Shown here: positions 11,170 to 25,228 of the stretch, piece by piece
Layout: each line of letters opens with the position of its first letter
Position numbering within the stretch: the first letter of the stretch is position 1
Assembly: GCA_047495785.1 (NCBI GenBank)
Contig: JBLDXI010000042.1
Coordinates: 496,001-560,000, forward strand
Direction: 5' to 3'
Source: Lepidodermella squamata
Taxonomy: Eukaryota; Animalia; Gastrotricha
Length of the DNA stretch: 64,000 nucleotides
Made by a program: the position numbers and the translations under genes
The notes under the pieces: generated by a model
Told to the model about the DNA's origin: nothing
Seen by the model: only the letters and a program-made list of their open reading frames with translations
The model's database searches: none

Positions 11170-12972
11170 AATAACTTGATCTTTAAGAAAACGGCGGGTC
11201 GCGAAAAAGATCAGTTATTATGTTTCCAATTTTAATTTGTATTATCGATGGCAAATTAATTTTTTAATGAAGAAGAGATCAAAACAAGACGTGATTTCAA
11301 TTGAAAAATCCGTAACCAGCCCACTGTTGAAATTCTTCCCTTGTTTTTTCACACATTGAGCGGTCGACTCAAGAGAATATCGCAGGACTCGGCTTGGGAA
11401 TTATATGTTGAAGGTCGGCAACTTGTTTGCAGGACACTTCGGCGCGACCGCATCCGTGACAAACTGAACTGTACTTGAGATTTCTGCGATGTAATTTTTG
11501 ATCGAGCTGATTTCGTCGCCTACTTTCGGCTTGACGGCTGGAGTGCTGATAGGGCTGGTAGGGAGGAATTCCTTGTACACATTGTGCGTGATGATGAATG
11601 ATGAATCAAGTACGAACTACTAACTCGAGGAAGAGCTTCGTTCGACGACTTGCGTGTGGCTATGGGCTACGCTGAGATGGCATTATCTGAGCAAATACTC
11701 ATATAGATTTTCAACCATTTTATTCAGTAATCAACAGTATGGCCCTAAGCCCTCAGCGATTTAGTGATGCTAGATACAGCTGGCCGATTTCTCCTCGTCA
11801 CATCCGCCTTGTGAAGCGCCGAATTTCACTGAACTACACTGAAACGCACACTGGTTTTTTCTGAGAGTTTAATCTCCAAATGCCAAGCGTTCCAAGCGGC
11901 GTCTTGCATGAACGCGTGCGAGCGGCTTCCTCTGACTGAACGTCTTCGCGTGGGATAGGATTTTTCACGCAGGTCCAATCGCAAGTCATCCCGCAGCTCC
12001 ATACATAATGCCCCGGTGCATTGTGCCGAGTTCGACATGCTTGCCCTTTGGTTATGGTCCCTGCAGCCGTTATATTAACGATAGCAGCCTGAATTGCAAA
12101 ATTAAGGCATTTAGTTGATTCATTATGCGACTATTTAAGCTGTCCTTACCATAGCAGCAATGAGAAGAATAAGCCTCGCCATTTTTTACGGTAAAATAAA
12201 AGAACGTTTTAAATGAAAAGAAGAAATAATTTATGATCTTAGCACGCATCAACATTTTCGAAAAGCACTTAACTAGCCATATGCCGGAAAACAAACATTT
12301 GTTAAGTAAAATAACGGCGTAAGGCGCACTCGATCTTCGTTCCTAGTTCCTACGGGTTCCTAGTGGGAGCTAGGTCAAATAAATTAACGCTGAAAATGTA
12401 TCGGACGAGACAGCAGATCCAAACCCAACTGATGGATTGTGTTCATTGTATTCCGTGAAAATTAACAGAAAATATAGCTACGACTTGAAACTTGAAAGCA
12501 AGTCGGCGATTGCGAGTCAGTGTGAAACTGCCATCCATGATGTCACAGATGGAGGAAAGACTGAAATCGGAATGAAACGCAATCGAAAAAGTTGCAGACT
12601 CTTCCCATCATTGAAAATACAAATTTATTTGACTCGTAATTTCCCTTTTATTCTCGAACCGCTGCCCGGGGTTGTAACGATGGGAACGGAATAGACCAAT
12701 ATCTATCCTGTACCTTTCACACTGCTTCTATATTTCTCTCGCAACAACAAGCAGCATTTCAATGCTTCGATTTTCTCTCCTGCCCTTTGGCACCACGGCA
12801 TACTTCATGGCAAGTTAATCAGCAATTTTTTGGCTGATAATCAAGGGCAAACGTGCATATCAATTTTTTATTCAGTTACTAACTGCATTCACAGCTTTCC
12901 GATCTCTTCACAACGCATCCGCCTCACGAATTTCCGTGAACTCATCGGGTTTTGTGCACGCACTCCAGCTTT

Positions 12973-13245
12973 TTATTTGAGTTCAATCTCCACACACCAA
13001 CCGTCAACCACCGGGACTTGTTCCTCGCGGCAGTAAATGCTTTCACAGGACCACCTGCCAGTGTAAGGGCTTAGATTCCAAACTCCCGGAGCCGCACCTT
13101 GGCCGTTGCAAGGCGCTCCATTGCGAAAGCCAGCAACGCAGTCTACAGAGACCTGTTAGCATTGAGGGATCCACAGATAATATAGCTTGAATATAATCCA
13201 TTTAAACCTTACACAAACAGCAATAAATAGAACCAACTTTGCCAT
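12973..13245 (-). CDS. 70-aa secreted Cys peptide (copy 1), two exons
   Basis: MAKLVLFIAVC|VSVDCVAGFRNGAPCNGQGAAPGVWNLSPYTGRWSCESIYCREEQVPVVDGWCVEIELK; 60-nt GT-AG intron; homologous to 61458-61796. Confidence 0.8.
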
Positions 13246-13750
13246 CAGATTAGGATTTGATAAGAAATTTACGAAAACAATTTCGCTAAGCACTTAGCGT
13301 CCTCTAACGGCTGAATAAACACTCATTCACGCATCTACCAAACGCGCTACGCTAACGTAGGCCTCAAATAGGCTGGTCGGCTGAGGTCAAAAATATGCCT
13401 CATCTCTAAGTTTCAAGTTTAAAAGCATCTTGAGTAATTAGAACGGATGGCCGTAACATGAGGATGGTCATAAAATGTTACTTTTCATGAGAATTATAAT
13501 TGATGCAGTTGAAGATTTTTTTCAAAGCAAATCATTTGTTTTCCAGGAAACATGAACTTTATGAAAGTCACTGCGGTAAGGTTCGACATCTTCATCTGTT
13601 GTTACAGGCTCTTGAATATGCAAGAAAAACGATTTGCCTAACATTTTATTTTACTCATTTCTTCAAGGTATTGTAACATTGATTTAGCATCCACACTCGA
13701 AACAGCTTTCAAATACTCTTCTCATCATTCATCAAATGTCGCTCATTGGG

Positions 13751-14509
13751 TCACTTTTTGATGGCGCTACATGTGTAATCGTAGCTGTAATAGCCACCTC
13801 CGAGCTTTCGCCCCAGATGGAACTGCTGCATCAGTGAGCCGGCTGGGCAGAAAACGTCTTGACGGTCTAGATAATACGTCTGGCCGAGGTTGCCATCGCT
13901 TGAACCATCGGCCGTATACGCGTTTTTAATAGCCCTGGTGTTGGTGACTCCTCCATTTGCCTATGAGGAGATTTTAATATGTCGGCAGTTTTCACCCGGA
14001 TAAAACTTACAGCGCAGCAGACGTAGCGATAGCGAACTTTGTCCTTGAGATCGCTTGTCTCCAACTGATATTCCTTAAGGAACTCATCTGCCTTGCAGGC
14101 AACATTCTGCCTGTCCAAGTAGTAAGCGTGTCCATTCTCAATGCCGCTATACTCCGTTCGTCGCTCCTGGCATGTCGATACGGGAGCGTTGCAGCACCAG
14201 TACTCGATATCGTGCTTGAATTCCAAGTGATAGGGCAGCCAAAGGAAGAATCTTGCGAGCACTCGCCCATTAGGACAGGCGACATTGAGGCGGTCAAAGT
14301 AAGCCGTATTGCCCCCGCCAGAAGCTTGCATTCCCGTGTTGTATTGTACACATGTCACTTGGAAACAGAATTATTGAAATAGGAAAATGCTCAGCCACCT
14401 ATAAATTCAACTCAAACTCACAATCGCCATGTTTCAATAGGCGTTCCCTGCAGTTAGCCACGCTTACGCTCGAGACGATACTGGCCAGCAATAGGTGTGC
14501 AGAAAACAT
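13751..14509 (-). CDS. 214-aa secreted protein with three Y(L/F)DR(Q/L)xVxC repeats (dermatopontin/lectin-like; copy 1), three exons
   Basis: Signal peptide MFSAHLLLASIVSSVSVANC; two short GT-AG introns give one open frame; 3 Cys-containing repeats. Confidence 0.85.
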
Positions 14510-14950
14510 TTTTCGAGCTGATGATTTTGGGTGTTTCAAAATGAAGTAAAATTTGACTTGTGAATAGGGTAAAGTGATGCCTATCCGATCTTTCTGCGCA
14601 AAATAAGCACTGCAGCTGAAATACCGACGGCGACTTAGAGCTATTATTTTTTTTACCGATCCTCTCTGGCTTTGTTTGCTACCGCCGAACAGCGCCTAGT
14701 AGCATTATGATGAATGGTCTTCATGTACTAGGCTGTTTATTTCGTCAAAAGTAATATGAAATTGGCATTTCGCACCGAGCCAGTACCTACGAAGAAGAAT
14801 AAATTGCGTGCTCATAGCCCCGGGGTAGCTCTTAGCAGCTGTTTAAAGGATTAGCTATTGAGAAGCTCAGAGGCCTCGCATTCAGTCGACAAATTCTTCT
14901 CCATTTGTATAACATCAAATATCAATTTGAATTTTATCAGCTCCTAAAAC

Positions 14951-15342
14951 ATGTCAAGCCGCATTTCACTCGCTGTTGTGTTGACCGTGGCGCTTGCTCA
15001 TCTCGGTAAGATATCTATTACTTTGGCTTAATATCATACTCTGATTATAAACCTCTCCCTTGCGCAGTTTGTGCAACGCGGTACGACAAAGGCATAGGCG
15101 ATTGCACGGTTTTGTCCAAGAGCAGAGATTTGCGCTATTTGAAACCCTGGGAACGGTGTGCGGAAGAATGCACGAACAATCCAAGCTGTATAGCATTCAG
15201 ATACCTGTATTCCCCGGGCCGCGGCACACCTTTGGCCGTCTGCTTAAAAATGTCTTCTTGCAACACGGATTTCAAGATCTCCAAGAGTGTGTATCAGAGT
15301 TTAGTCGACAATAACATGCTCACCTATTACAAGCTGGATTAA
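14951..15342 (+). CDS. 109-aa secreted single PAN/apple-domain protein (copy 1), two exons
   Basis: MSSRISLAVVLTVALAHLVCA signal; intron 15006-15067; GDC...CAEECTNNPSCIAF...CLKMSSC Cys pattern. Confidence 0.85.
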
Positions 15343-17475
15343 CATGAATGAGTACAGTGTAACTTTGGTAACCTTGGCTTTTTGATTCGACGCTCAGCAA
15401 CAAGAAATCATAATGCACAACACGCGAGCACTTCATGTCTAGCATTATCTCATTATCTCATTGTATCATCAATTAACCGCTCATTCAATGTCGTTATGTC
15501 AATCATTTGTCAATGGTAAAAATTATATAAATTATTGTCATAAAAATTATAAATAAACAGTGATGGTTGTGGGAAGTGGGAAATTTCATCAATGGAAATT
15601 GTGAATGTGAAAAGCAATTAGCGTGTAAGACTTGAAGACTGTTGCCGGTTGCCGCATTTTGAACAGCTGTCATGAGTTAAAACGTGTTTTTTCTTCAATA
15701 TCGATTTGTAGCTAAGGCCGCAAGAAAGCCACACCAAAGCTGGTCTCGTGAGTAAATGAACAAAGTTTACAGAAGAAGAGATCAAAACAAGACGTGATTT
15801 CAATTGAAAAATCCGTAACCAGCCCACTGTTGAAATTCTTCCCTTGTTTTTTCACACATTGAGCGGTCGACTCAAGAGAATATCGCAGGACTCGGCTTGG
15901 GAATTATATGTTGAAGGTCGGCAACTTGTTTGCAGGACACTTCGGCGCGACCGCATCCGTGACAAACTGAACTGTACTTGAGATTTCTGCGATGTAATTT
16001 TTGATCGAGCTGATTTCGTCGCCTACTTTCGGCTTGACGGCTGGAGTGCTGATAGGGCTGGTAGGGAGGAATTCCTTGTACACATTGTGCGTGATGATGA
16101 ATGATGAATCAAGTACGAACTACTAACTCGAGGAAGAGCTTCGTTCGACGACTTGCGTGTGGCTATGGGCTACGCTGAGATGGCATTATCTGAGCAAATA
16201 CTCATATAGATTTTCAACCATTTTATTCAGTAATCAACAGTATGGCCCTAAGCCCTCAGCGATTTAGTGATGCTAGATACAGCTGGCCGATTTCTCCTCG
16301 TCACATCCGCCTTGTGAAGCGCCGAATTTCACTGAACTACACTGAAACGCACACTGGTTTTTTCTGAGAGTTTAATCTCCAAATGCCAAGCGTTCCAAGC
16401 GGCGTCTTGCATGAACGCGTGCGAGCGGCTTCCTCTGACTGAACGTCTTCGCGTGGGATAGGATTTTTCACGCAGGTCCAATCGCAAGTCATCCCGCAGC
16501 TCCATACATAATGCCCCGGTGCATTGTGCCGAGTTCGACATGCTTGCCCTTTGGTTATGGTCCCTGCAGCCGTTATATTAACGATAGCAGCCTGAATTGC
16601 AAAATTAAGGCATTTAGTTGATTCATTATGCGACTATTTAAGCTGTCCTTACCATAGCAGCAATGAGAAGAATAAGCCTCGCCATTTTTTACGGTAAAAT
16701 AAAAGAACGTTTTAAATGAAAAGAAGAAATAATTTATGATCTTAGCACGCATCAACATTTTCGAAAAGCACTTAACTAGCCATATGCCGGAAAACAAACA
16801 TTTGTTAAGTAAAATAACGGCGTAAGGCGCACTCGATCTTCGTTCCTAGTTCCTACGGGTTCCTAGTGGGAGCTAGGTCAAATAAATTAACGCTGAAAAT
16901 GTATCGGACGAGACAGCAGATCCAAACCCAACTGATGGATTGTGTTCATTGTATTCCGTGAAAATTAACAGAAAATATAGCTACGACTTGAAACTTGAAA
17001 GCAAGTCGGCGATTGCGAGTCAGTGTGAAACTGCCATCCATGATGTCACAGATGGAGGAAAGACTGAAATCGGAATGAAACGCAATCGAAAAAGTTGCAG
17101 ACTCTTCCCATCATTGAAAATACAAATTTATTTGACTCGTAATTTCCCTTTTATTCTCGAACCGCTGCCCGGGGTTGTAACGATGGGAACGGAATAGACC
17201 AATATCTATCCTGTACCTTTCACACTGCTTCTATATTTCTCTCGCAACAACAAGCAGCATTTCAATGCTTCGATTTTCTCTCCTGCCCTTTGGCACCACG
17301 GCATACTTCATGGCAAGTTAATCAGCAATTTTTTGGCTGATAATCAAGGGCAAACGTGCATATCAATTTTTTATTCAGTTACTAACTGCATTCACAGCTT
17401 TCCGATCTCTTCACAACGCATCCGCCTCACGAATTTCCGTGAACTCATCGGGTTTTGTGCACGCACTCCAGCTTT

Positions 17476-17748
17476 TTATTTGAGTTCAATCTCCACACAC
17501 CAACCGTCAACCACCGGGACTTGTTCCTCGCGGCAGTAAATGCTTTCACAGGACCACCTGCCAGTGTAAGGGCTTAGATTCCAAACTCCCGGAGCCGCAC
17601 CTTGGCCGTTGCAAGGCGCTCCATTGCGAAAGCCAGCAACGCAGTCTACAGAGACCTGTTAGCATTGAGGGATCCACAGATAATATAGCTTGAATATAAT
17701 CCATTTAAACCTTACACAAACAGCAATAAATAGAACCAACTTTGCCAT
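17476..17748 (-). CDS. 70-aa secreted Cys peptide (copy 2)
   Basis: Copy 1 offset by +4503. Confidence 0.8.
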
Positions 17749-18253
17749 CAGATTAGGATTTGATAAGAAATTTACGAAAACAATTTCGCTAAGCACTTAG
17801 CGTCCTCTAACGGCTGAATAAACACTCATTCACGCATCTACCAAACGCGCTACGCTAACGTAGGCCTCAAATAGGCTGGTCGGCTGAGGTCAAAAATATG
17901 CCTCATCTCTAAGTTTCAAGTTTAAAAGCATCTTGAGTAATTAGAACGGATGGCCGTAACATGAGGATGGTCATAAAATGTTACTTTTCATGAGAATTAT
18001 AATTGATGCAGTTGAAGATTTTTTTCAAAGCAAATCATTTGTTTTCCAGGAAACATGAACTTTATGAAAGTCACTGCGGTAAGGTTCGACATCTTCATCT
18101 GTTGTTACAGGCTCTTGAATATGCAAGAAAAACGATTTGCCTAACATTTTATTTTACTCATTTCTTCAAGGTATTGTAACATTGATTTAGCATCCACACT
18201 CGAAACAGCTTTCAAATACTCTTCTCATCATTCATCAAATGTCGCTCATTGGG

Positions 18254-19012
18254 TCACTTTTTGATGGCGCTACATGTGTAATCGTAGCTGTAATAGCCAC
18301 CTCCGAGCTTTCGCCCCAGATGGAACTGCTGCATCAGTGAGCCGGCTGGGCAGACAACGTCTTGACGGTCTAGATAATACGTCTGGCCGAGGTTGCCATC
18401 GCTTGAACCATCGGCCGTATACGCGTTTTTAATAGCCCTGGTGTTGGTGACTCCTCCATTTGCCTATGAGGAGATTTTAATATGTCGGCAGTTTTCACCC
18501 GGATAAAACTTACAGCGCAGCAGACGTAGCGATAGCGAACTTTGTCCTTGAGATCGCTTGTCTCCAACTGATATTCCTTAAGGAACTCATCTGCCTTGCA
18601 GGCAACATTCTGCCTGTCCAAGTAGTAAGCGTGTCCATTCTCAATGCCGCTATACTCCGTTCGTCGCTCCTGGCATGTCGATACGGGAGCGTTGCAGCAC
18701 CAGTACTCGATATCGTGCTTGAATTCCAAGTGATAGGGCAGCCAAAGGAAGAATCTTGCGAGCACTCGCCCATTAGGACAGGCGACATTGAGGCGGTCAA
18801 AGTAAGCCGTATTGCCCCCGCCAGAAGCTTGCATTCCCGTGTTGTATTGTACACATGTCACTTGGAAACAGAATTATTGAAATAGGAAAATGCTCAGCCA
18901 CCTATAAATTCAACTCAAACTCACAATCGCCATGTTTCAATAGGCGTTCCCTGCAGTTAGCCACGCTTACGCTCGAGACGATACTGGCCAGCAATAGGTG
19001 TGCAGAAAACAT
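18254..19012 (-). CDS. Three-repeat YLDRQ protein (copy 2; F>V in repeat 3)
   Basis: Copy 1 offset by +4503, with a substitution near 18355. Confidence 0.85.
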
Positions 19013-19453
19013 TTTTCGAGCTGATGATTTTGGGTGTTTCAAAATGAAGTAAAATTTGACTTGTGAATAGGGTAAAGTGATGCCTATCCGATCTTTCTGC
19101 GCAAAATAAGCACTGCAGCTGAAATACCGACGGCGACTTAGAGCTATTATTTTTTTTACCGATCCTCTCTGGCTTTGTTTGCTACCGCCGAACAGCGCCT
19201 AGTAGCATTATGATGAATGGTCTTCATGTACTAGGCTGTTTATTTCGTCAAAAGTAATATGAAATTGGCATTTCGCACCGAGCCAGTACCTACGAAGAAG
19301 AATAAATTGCGTGCTCATAGCCCCGGGGTAGCTCTTAGCAGCTGTTTAAAGGATTAGCTATTGAGAAGCTCAGAGGCCTCGCATTCAGTCGACAAATTCT
19401 TCTCCATTTGTATAACATCAAATATCAATTTGAATTTTATCAGCTCCTAAAAC

Positions 19454-19845
19454 ATGTCAAGCCGCATTTCACTCGCTGTTGTGTTGACCGTGGCGCTTGC
19501 TCATCTCGGTAAGATATCTATTACTTTGGCTTAATATCATACTCTGATTATAAACCTCTCCCTTGCGCAGTTTGTGCAACGCGGTACGACAAAGGCATAG
19601 GCGATTGCACGGTTTTGTCCAAGAGCAGAGATTTGCGCTATTTGAAACCCTGGGAACGGTGTGCGGAAGAATGCACGAACAATCCAAGCTGTATAGCATT
19701 CAGATACCTGTATTCCCCGGGCCGCGGCACACCTTTGGCCGTCTGCTTAAAAATGTCTTCTTGCAACACGGATTTCAAGATCTCCAAGAGTGTGTATCAG
19801 AGTTTAGTCGACAATAACATGCTCACCTATTACAAGCTGGATTAA
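19454..19845 (+). CDS. Secreted PAN/apple protein (copy 2)
   Basis: Copy 1 offset by +4503. Confidence 0.85.
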
Positions 19846-21485
19846 CATGAATGAGTACAGTGTAACTTTGGTAACCTTGGCTTTTTGATTCGACGCTCAG
19901 CAACAAGAAATCATAATGCACAACACGCGAGCACTTCATGTCTAGCATTATCTCATTATCTCATTGTATCATCAATTAACCGCTCATTCAATGTCGTTAT
20001 GTCAATCATTTGTCAATGGTAAAAATTATATAAATTATTGTCATAAAAATTATAAATAAACAGTGATGGTTGTGGGAAGTGGGAAATTTCATCAATGGAA
20101 ATTGTGAATGTGAAAAGCAATTAGCGTGTAAGACTTGAAGACTGTTGCCGGTTGCCGCATTTTGAACAGCTGTCATGAGTTAAAACGTGTTTTTTCTTCA
20201 ATATCGATTTGTAGCTAAGGCCGCAAGAAAGCCACACCAAAGCTGGTCTCGTGAGTAAATGAACAAAGTTTACAGAAGAAGAGATCAAAACAAGACGTGA
20301 TTTCAATTGAAAAATCCGTAACCAGCCCACTGTTGAAATTCTTCCCTTGTTTTTTCACACATTGAGCGGTCGACTCAAGAGAATATCGCAGGACTCGGCT
20401 TGGGAATTATATGTTGAAGGTCGGCAACTTGTTTGCAGGACACTTCGGCGCGACCGCATCCGTGACAAACTGAACTGTACTTGAGATTTCTGCGATGTAA
20501 TTTTTGATCGAGCTGATTTCGTCGCCTACTTTCGGCTTGACGGCTGGAGTGCTGATAGGGCTGGTAGGGAGGAATTCCTTGTACACATTGTGCGTGATGA
20601 TGAATGATGAATCAAGTACGAACTACTAACTCGAGGAAGAGCTTCGTTCGACGACTTGCGTGTGGCTATGGGCTACGCTGAGATGGCATTATCTGAGCAA
20701 ATACTCATATAGATTTTCAACCATTTTATTCAGTAATCAACAGTATGGCCCTAAGCCCTCAGCGATTTAGTGATGCTAGATACAGCTGGCCGATTTCTCC
20801 TCGTCACATCCGCCTTGTGAAGCGCCGAATTTCACTGAACTACACTGAAACGCACACTGGTTTTTTCTGAGAGTTTAATCTCCAAATGCCAAGCGTTCCA
20901 AGCGGCGTCTTGCATGAACGCGTGCGAGCGGCTTCCTCTGACTGAACGTCTTCGCGTGGGATAGGATTTTTCACGCAGGTCCAATCGCAAGTCATCCCGC
21001 AGCTCCATACATAATGCCCCGGTGCATTGTGCCGAGTTCGACATGCTTGCCCTTTGGTTATGGTCCCTGCAGCCGTTATATTAACGATAGCAGCCTGAAT
21101 TGCAAAATTAAGGCATTTAGTTGATTCATTATGCGACTATTTAAGCTGTCCTTACCATAGCAGCAATGAGAAGAATAAGCCTCGCCATTTTTTACGGTAA
21201 AATAAAAGAACGTTTTAAATGAAAAGAAGAAATAATTTATGATCTTAGCACGCATCAACATTATATAAATTTTACGCAAACTCGGATAACGGGAGCTTCG
21301 AAGCCGCCGCGTCCTGGTACGTCTCATGTCGATTGTAACTGGTTCGGTAATTTTCGGTATTTTATGCCGTTGGACAAACATATCTCCGGACTTTTTAATC
21401 CTTTAAACAACTGGCATATATGATTACCATTGTCGTAATTTTTTGAATTTTTCTGAATATTTTCTGGCCGTAAGATATGAATTGA

Positions 21486-23223
21486 GGAATCGCACTCAAA
21501 TGGCAGGTCCATTGCTTTTCTTAACCCGTGTGCTTGAAAATTGAAAAGGCGCAGTTCGGAAGTTTTTGGCAGACAGTACCAGGCTGGAGATCCATGTGTG
21601 AGCACGCTGTCGATGAGGACTCGGCTGAACATGATGCAAAGATCGCTGGGAACAATGCGCCTACAAGCTATTCCTCTGAGGCAGGCAGCTCACGGTTTCG
21701 TCTTCGCAGAGAGACGGTCGAGGTGGCGTTCCCACGACAATTTCGCCGTGATCGTAATTCCTAGGTACTTCACTTCGTTGACTTGAAGGATTCGTTGACC
21801 ACCAATGGAGAGAAGAACCGACGGGGACGAAGCGCCAGTGTGGCCGATTAGAATGCTTTCGCATTTCGCCGGATTAAGTTCGAGACGCCATTTCGCGCAC
21901 CACGCTTCGGTGGATCGGAGGCGGGCTTGTAGTCTTGCAACGCACTGCTCGTAGTGCGGGCCCCATGCCCAGTTTGCGGCGTCGTCTGCGTAGGTCCCGA
22001 CGGCGACCGCTTTTCTCCCGTCGTCAGGGTTTAACTCCGGAGGCTGCATATCCACGCAGTATGAACAGCAGCGGACTCAACGGGCTACCTTGTGGCACAC
22101 CGCAGCCGATTTTTCTTGATTCGCTGAGCTCGTCTCCAACTCGGACCTGAAACGATCGGTCGTCGAGGAAGTTCGCTGTCCATCGCACCAAAGGCTCCGG
22201 GGCTCCAGAATCGATCAGTTTTTGTATAAGCCCTGCGTGCCAGACCGTATCGTAAGGCGGCCTTGAAGTCCAAGAACACAGCCACGAGCTTGCTGTGATG
22301 GGCCATTGCGAGGGCTGCATCGCTAATCAGGCGAAAAAGTGGGTCGACAGCGCCTCGGAGTCTTCGAAATCCATACTGATGCTCGGGTAGCAGGCTCTGA
22401 GCTTCCAGGAAATTTTGTAGCATCATGGCTACCAGTGACTCTAGTAGCTTCGCGAAGGCTGGCAACAGTGACACCGGGCGGTATGATTCCGGAAGCCTGC
22501 TATCCTTTCCCTCCTTCAGGATCGGCACGACGATCGCCAGTTTCCATTCTGCCGGTATATAGCCTGTAGCAAGGCACAATTCAAACGCGTACTTCAGGTG
22601 ACTACGGAGTCCTGGACCGCCATTTTTTATGACAGCGTTGAGAATATTGTCGTTACCAGGCGCTTTGTTTTTAAGCCGACGAATGAACAGCCTCATTAAG
22701 AAGCGGGAAAATTTTATTGGTAGCACTTCAGGGATTCTTTCCAGTGGTTTTATTGACGAGTTAGATGCAACCGCACTCTCTACCTGCTGCCAGAACGCAG
22801 TGTCCTCTGAGCGCTTTGAAGAGGCTGGTGCTCCACTTACAACTTTGCTGAAGATTGCCGCGATCAGTTGTGGCTAGTGGTTACAAGCCCCGTCTTTTGA
22901 TCAACCAGGGTACCAAGTCGTTTGCTGCGTTTGAGGCGATTAAACCTAGCAGCAAACATTCGCCACGCCTCTTGACTTTGCTGCTGTTCTTCTCGAAACC
23001 GTTTAGCCATCAGCTTGAGATTTCGTTCACATTCGCGAGCCTCTTCCTGTCCAATGAGCTTTTTGATATCGCGGTTCAAGCGATTCACCTCTCTTTTCAC
23101 TTCGGGCGCATTTGTTTCAGCATATAAACGTTGTAGCTGATTTCGCTGATCCAGAAGATCTCCTATCTCCTTGTTCATGTTGAAGGTCGGCAACTTGTTT
23201 GCAGGACACTTCGGCGCGACCGC
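21486..23223 (-). mobile_element. Non-LTR retrotransposon (Jockey/I-like) reverse transcriptase fragment, frameshifted
   Basis: KAPGNDNI, YRPVSLLPAFAKLLE, QYGFR, FLDFKAA/YDTVWH, GVPQGSPLSPLLF, YADD and KYLGI spread over several frames. Confidence 0.92.
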
Positions 23224-24836
23224 CAGCCTGGTACTGTCTGCCAAAAACTTCCGAACTGCGCCTTTTCAATTTTCAAGCACACGGGTTAAGAAAAGCAATG
23301 GACCTGCCATTTGAGTGCGATTCCTCAATTCATATCTTACGGCCAGAAAATATTCAGAAAAATTCAAAAAATTACGACAATGGTAATCATATATGCCAGT
23401 TGTTTAAGTGCTTTTCGAAAATGTTGATGCGTGCTAAGATCATAAATTATTTCTTCTTTTCATTTAAAACGTTCTTTTATTTTACCGTAAAAAATGGCGA
23501 GGCTTATTCTTCTCATTGCTGCTATGGTAAGGACAGCTTAAATAGTCGCATAATGAATCAACTAAATGCCTTAATTTTGCAATTCAGGCTGCTATCGTTA
23601 ATATAACGGCTGCAGGGACCATAACCAAAGGGCAAGCATGTCGAACTCGGCACAATGCACCGGGGCATTATGTATGGAGCTGCGGGATGACTTGCGATTG
23701 GACCTGCGTGAAAAATCCTATCCCACGCGAAGACGTTCAGTCAGAGGAAGCCGCTCGCACGCGTTCATGCAAGACGCCGCTTGGAACGCTTGGCATTTGG
23801 AGATTAAACTCTCAGAAAAAACCAGTGTGCGTTTCAGTGTAGTTCAGTGAAATTCGGCGCTTCACAAGGCGGATGTGACGAGGAGAAATCGGCCAGCTGT
23901 ATCTAGCATCACTAAATCGCTGAGGGCTTAGGGCCATACTGTTGATTACTGAATAAAATGGTTGAAAATCTATATGAGTATTTGCTCAGATAATGCCATC
24001 TCAGCGTAGCCCATAGCCACACGCAAGTCGTCGAACGAAGCTCTTCCTCGAGTTAGTAGTTCGTACTTGATTCATCATTCATCATCACGCACAATGTGTA
24101 CAAGGAATTCCTCCCTACCAGCCCTATCAGCACTCCAGCCGTCAAGCCGAAAGTAGGCGACGAAATCAGCTCGATCAAAAATTACATCGCAGAAATCTCA
24201 AGTACAGTTCAGTTTGTCACGGATGCGGTCGCGCCGAAGTGTCCTGCAAACAAGTTGCCGACCTTCAACATATAATTCCCAAGCCGAGTCCTGCGATATT
24301 CTCTTGAGTCGACCGCTCAATGTGTGAAAAAACAAGGGAAGAATTTCAACAGTGGGCTGGTTACGGATTTTTCAATTGAAATCACGTCTTGTTTTGATCT
24401 CTTCTTCTGTAAACTTTGTTCATTTACTCACGAGACCAGCTTTGGTGTGGCTTTCTTGCGGCCTTAGCTACAAATCGATATTGAAGAAAAAACACGTTTT
24501 AACTCATGACAGCTGTTCAAAATGCGGCAACCGGCAACAGTCTTCAAGTCTTACACGCTAATTGCTTTTCACATTCACAATTTCCATTGATGAAATTTCC
24601 CACTTCCCACAACCATCACTGTTTATTTATAATTTTTATGACAATAATTTATATAATTTTTACCATTGACAAATGATTGACATAACGACATTGAATGAGC
24701 GGTTAATTGATGATACAATGAGATAATGAGATAATGCTAGACATGAAGTGCTCGCGTGTTGTGCATTATGATTTCTTGTTGCTGAGCGTCGAATCAAAAA
24801 GCCAAGGTTACCAAAGTTACACTGTACTCATTCATG

Positions 24837-25228
24837 TTAATCCAGCTTGTAATAGGTGAGCATGTTATTGTCGACTAAACTCTGATACACACTCTTGGAG
24901 ATCTTGAAATCCGTGTTGCAAGAAGACATTTTTAAGCAGACGGCCAAAGGTGTGCCGCGGCCCGGGGAATACAGGTATCTGAATGCTATACAGCTTGGAT
25001 TGTTCGTGCATTCTTCCGCACACCGTTCCCAGGGTTTCAAATAGCGCAAATCTCTGCTCTTGGACAAAACCGTGCAATCGCCTATGCCTTTGTCGTACCG
25101 CGTTGCACAAACTGCGCAAGGGAGAGGTTTATAATCAGAGTATGATATTAAGCCAAAGTAATAGATATCTTACCGAGATGAGCAAGCGCCACGGTCAACA
25201 CAACAGCGAGTGAAATGCGGCTTGACAT
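24837..25228 (-). CDS. Secreted PAN/apple protein (copy 3, inverted)
   Basis: Reverse complement of 14951-15342. Confidence 0.85.

Larger units (their letters stand above)
11269..21262. repeat. Tandem array of a 4,503-bp unit (~2.2 copies; starts at 11269, 15772, 20275)
   Basis: Identical ORFs recur at an exact 4503-bp offset; copies are nearly identical. Confidence 0.98.

Noticed and set aside
11826-13036. Short ORFs of 68-85 aa recurring in every unit
   Set aside because: Recurrence reflects DNA duplication only; no motifs or splice support; one is antisense to the real peptide gene.
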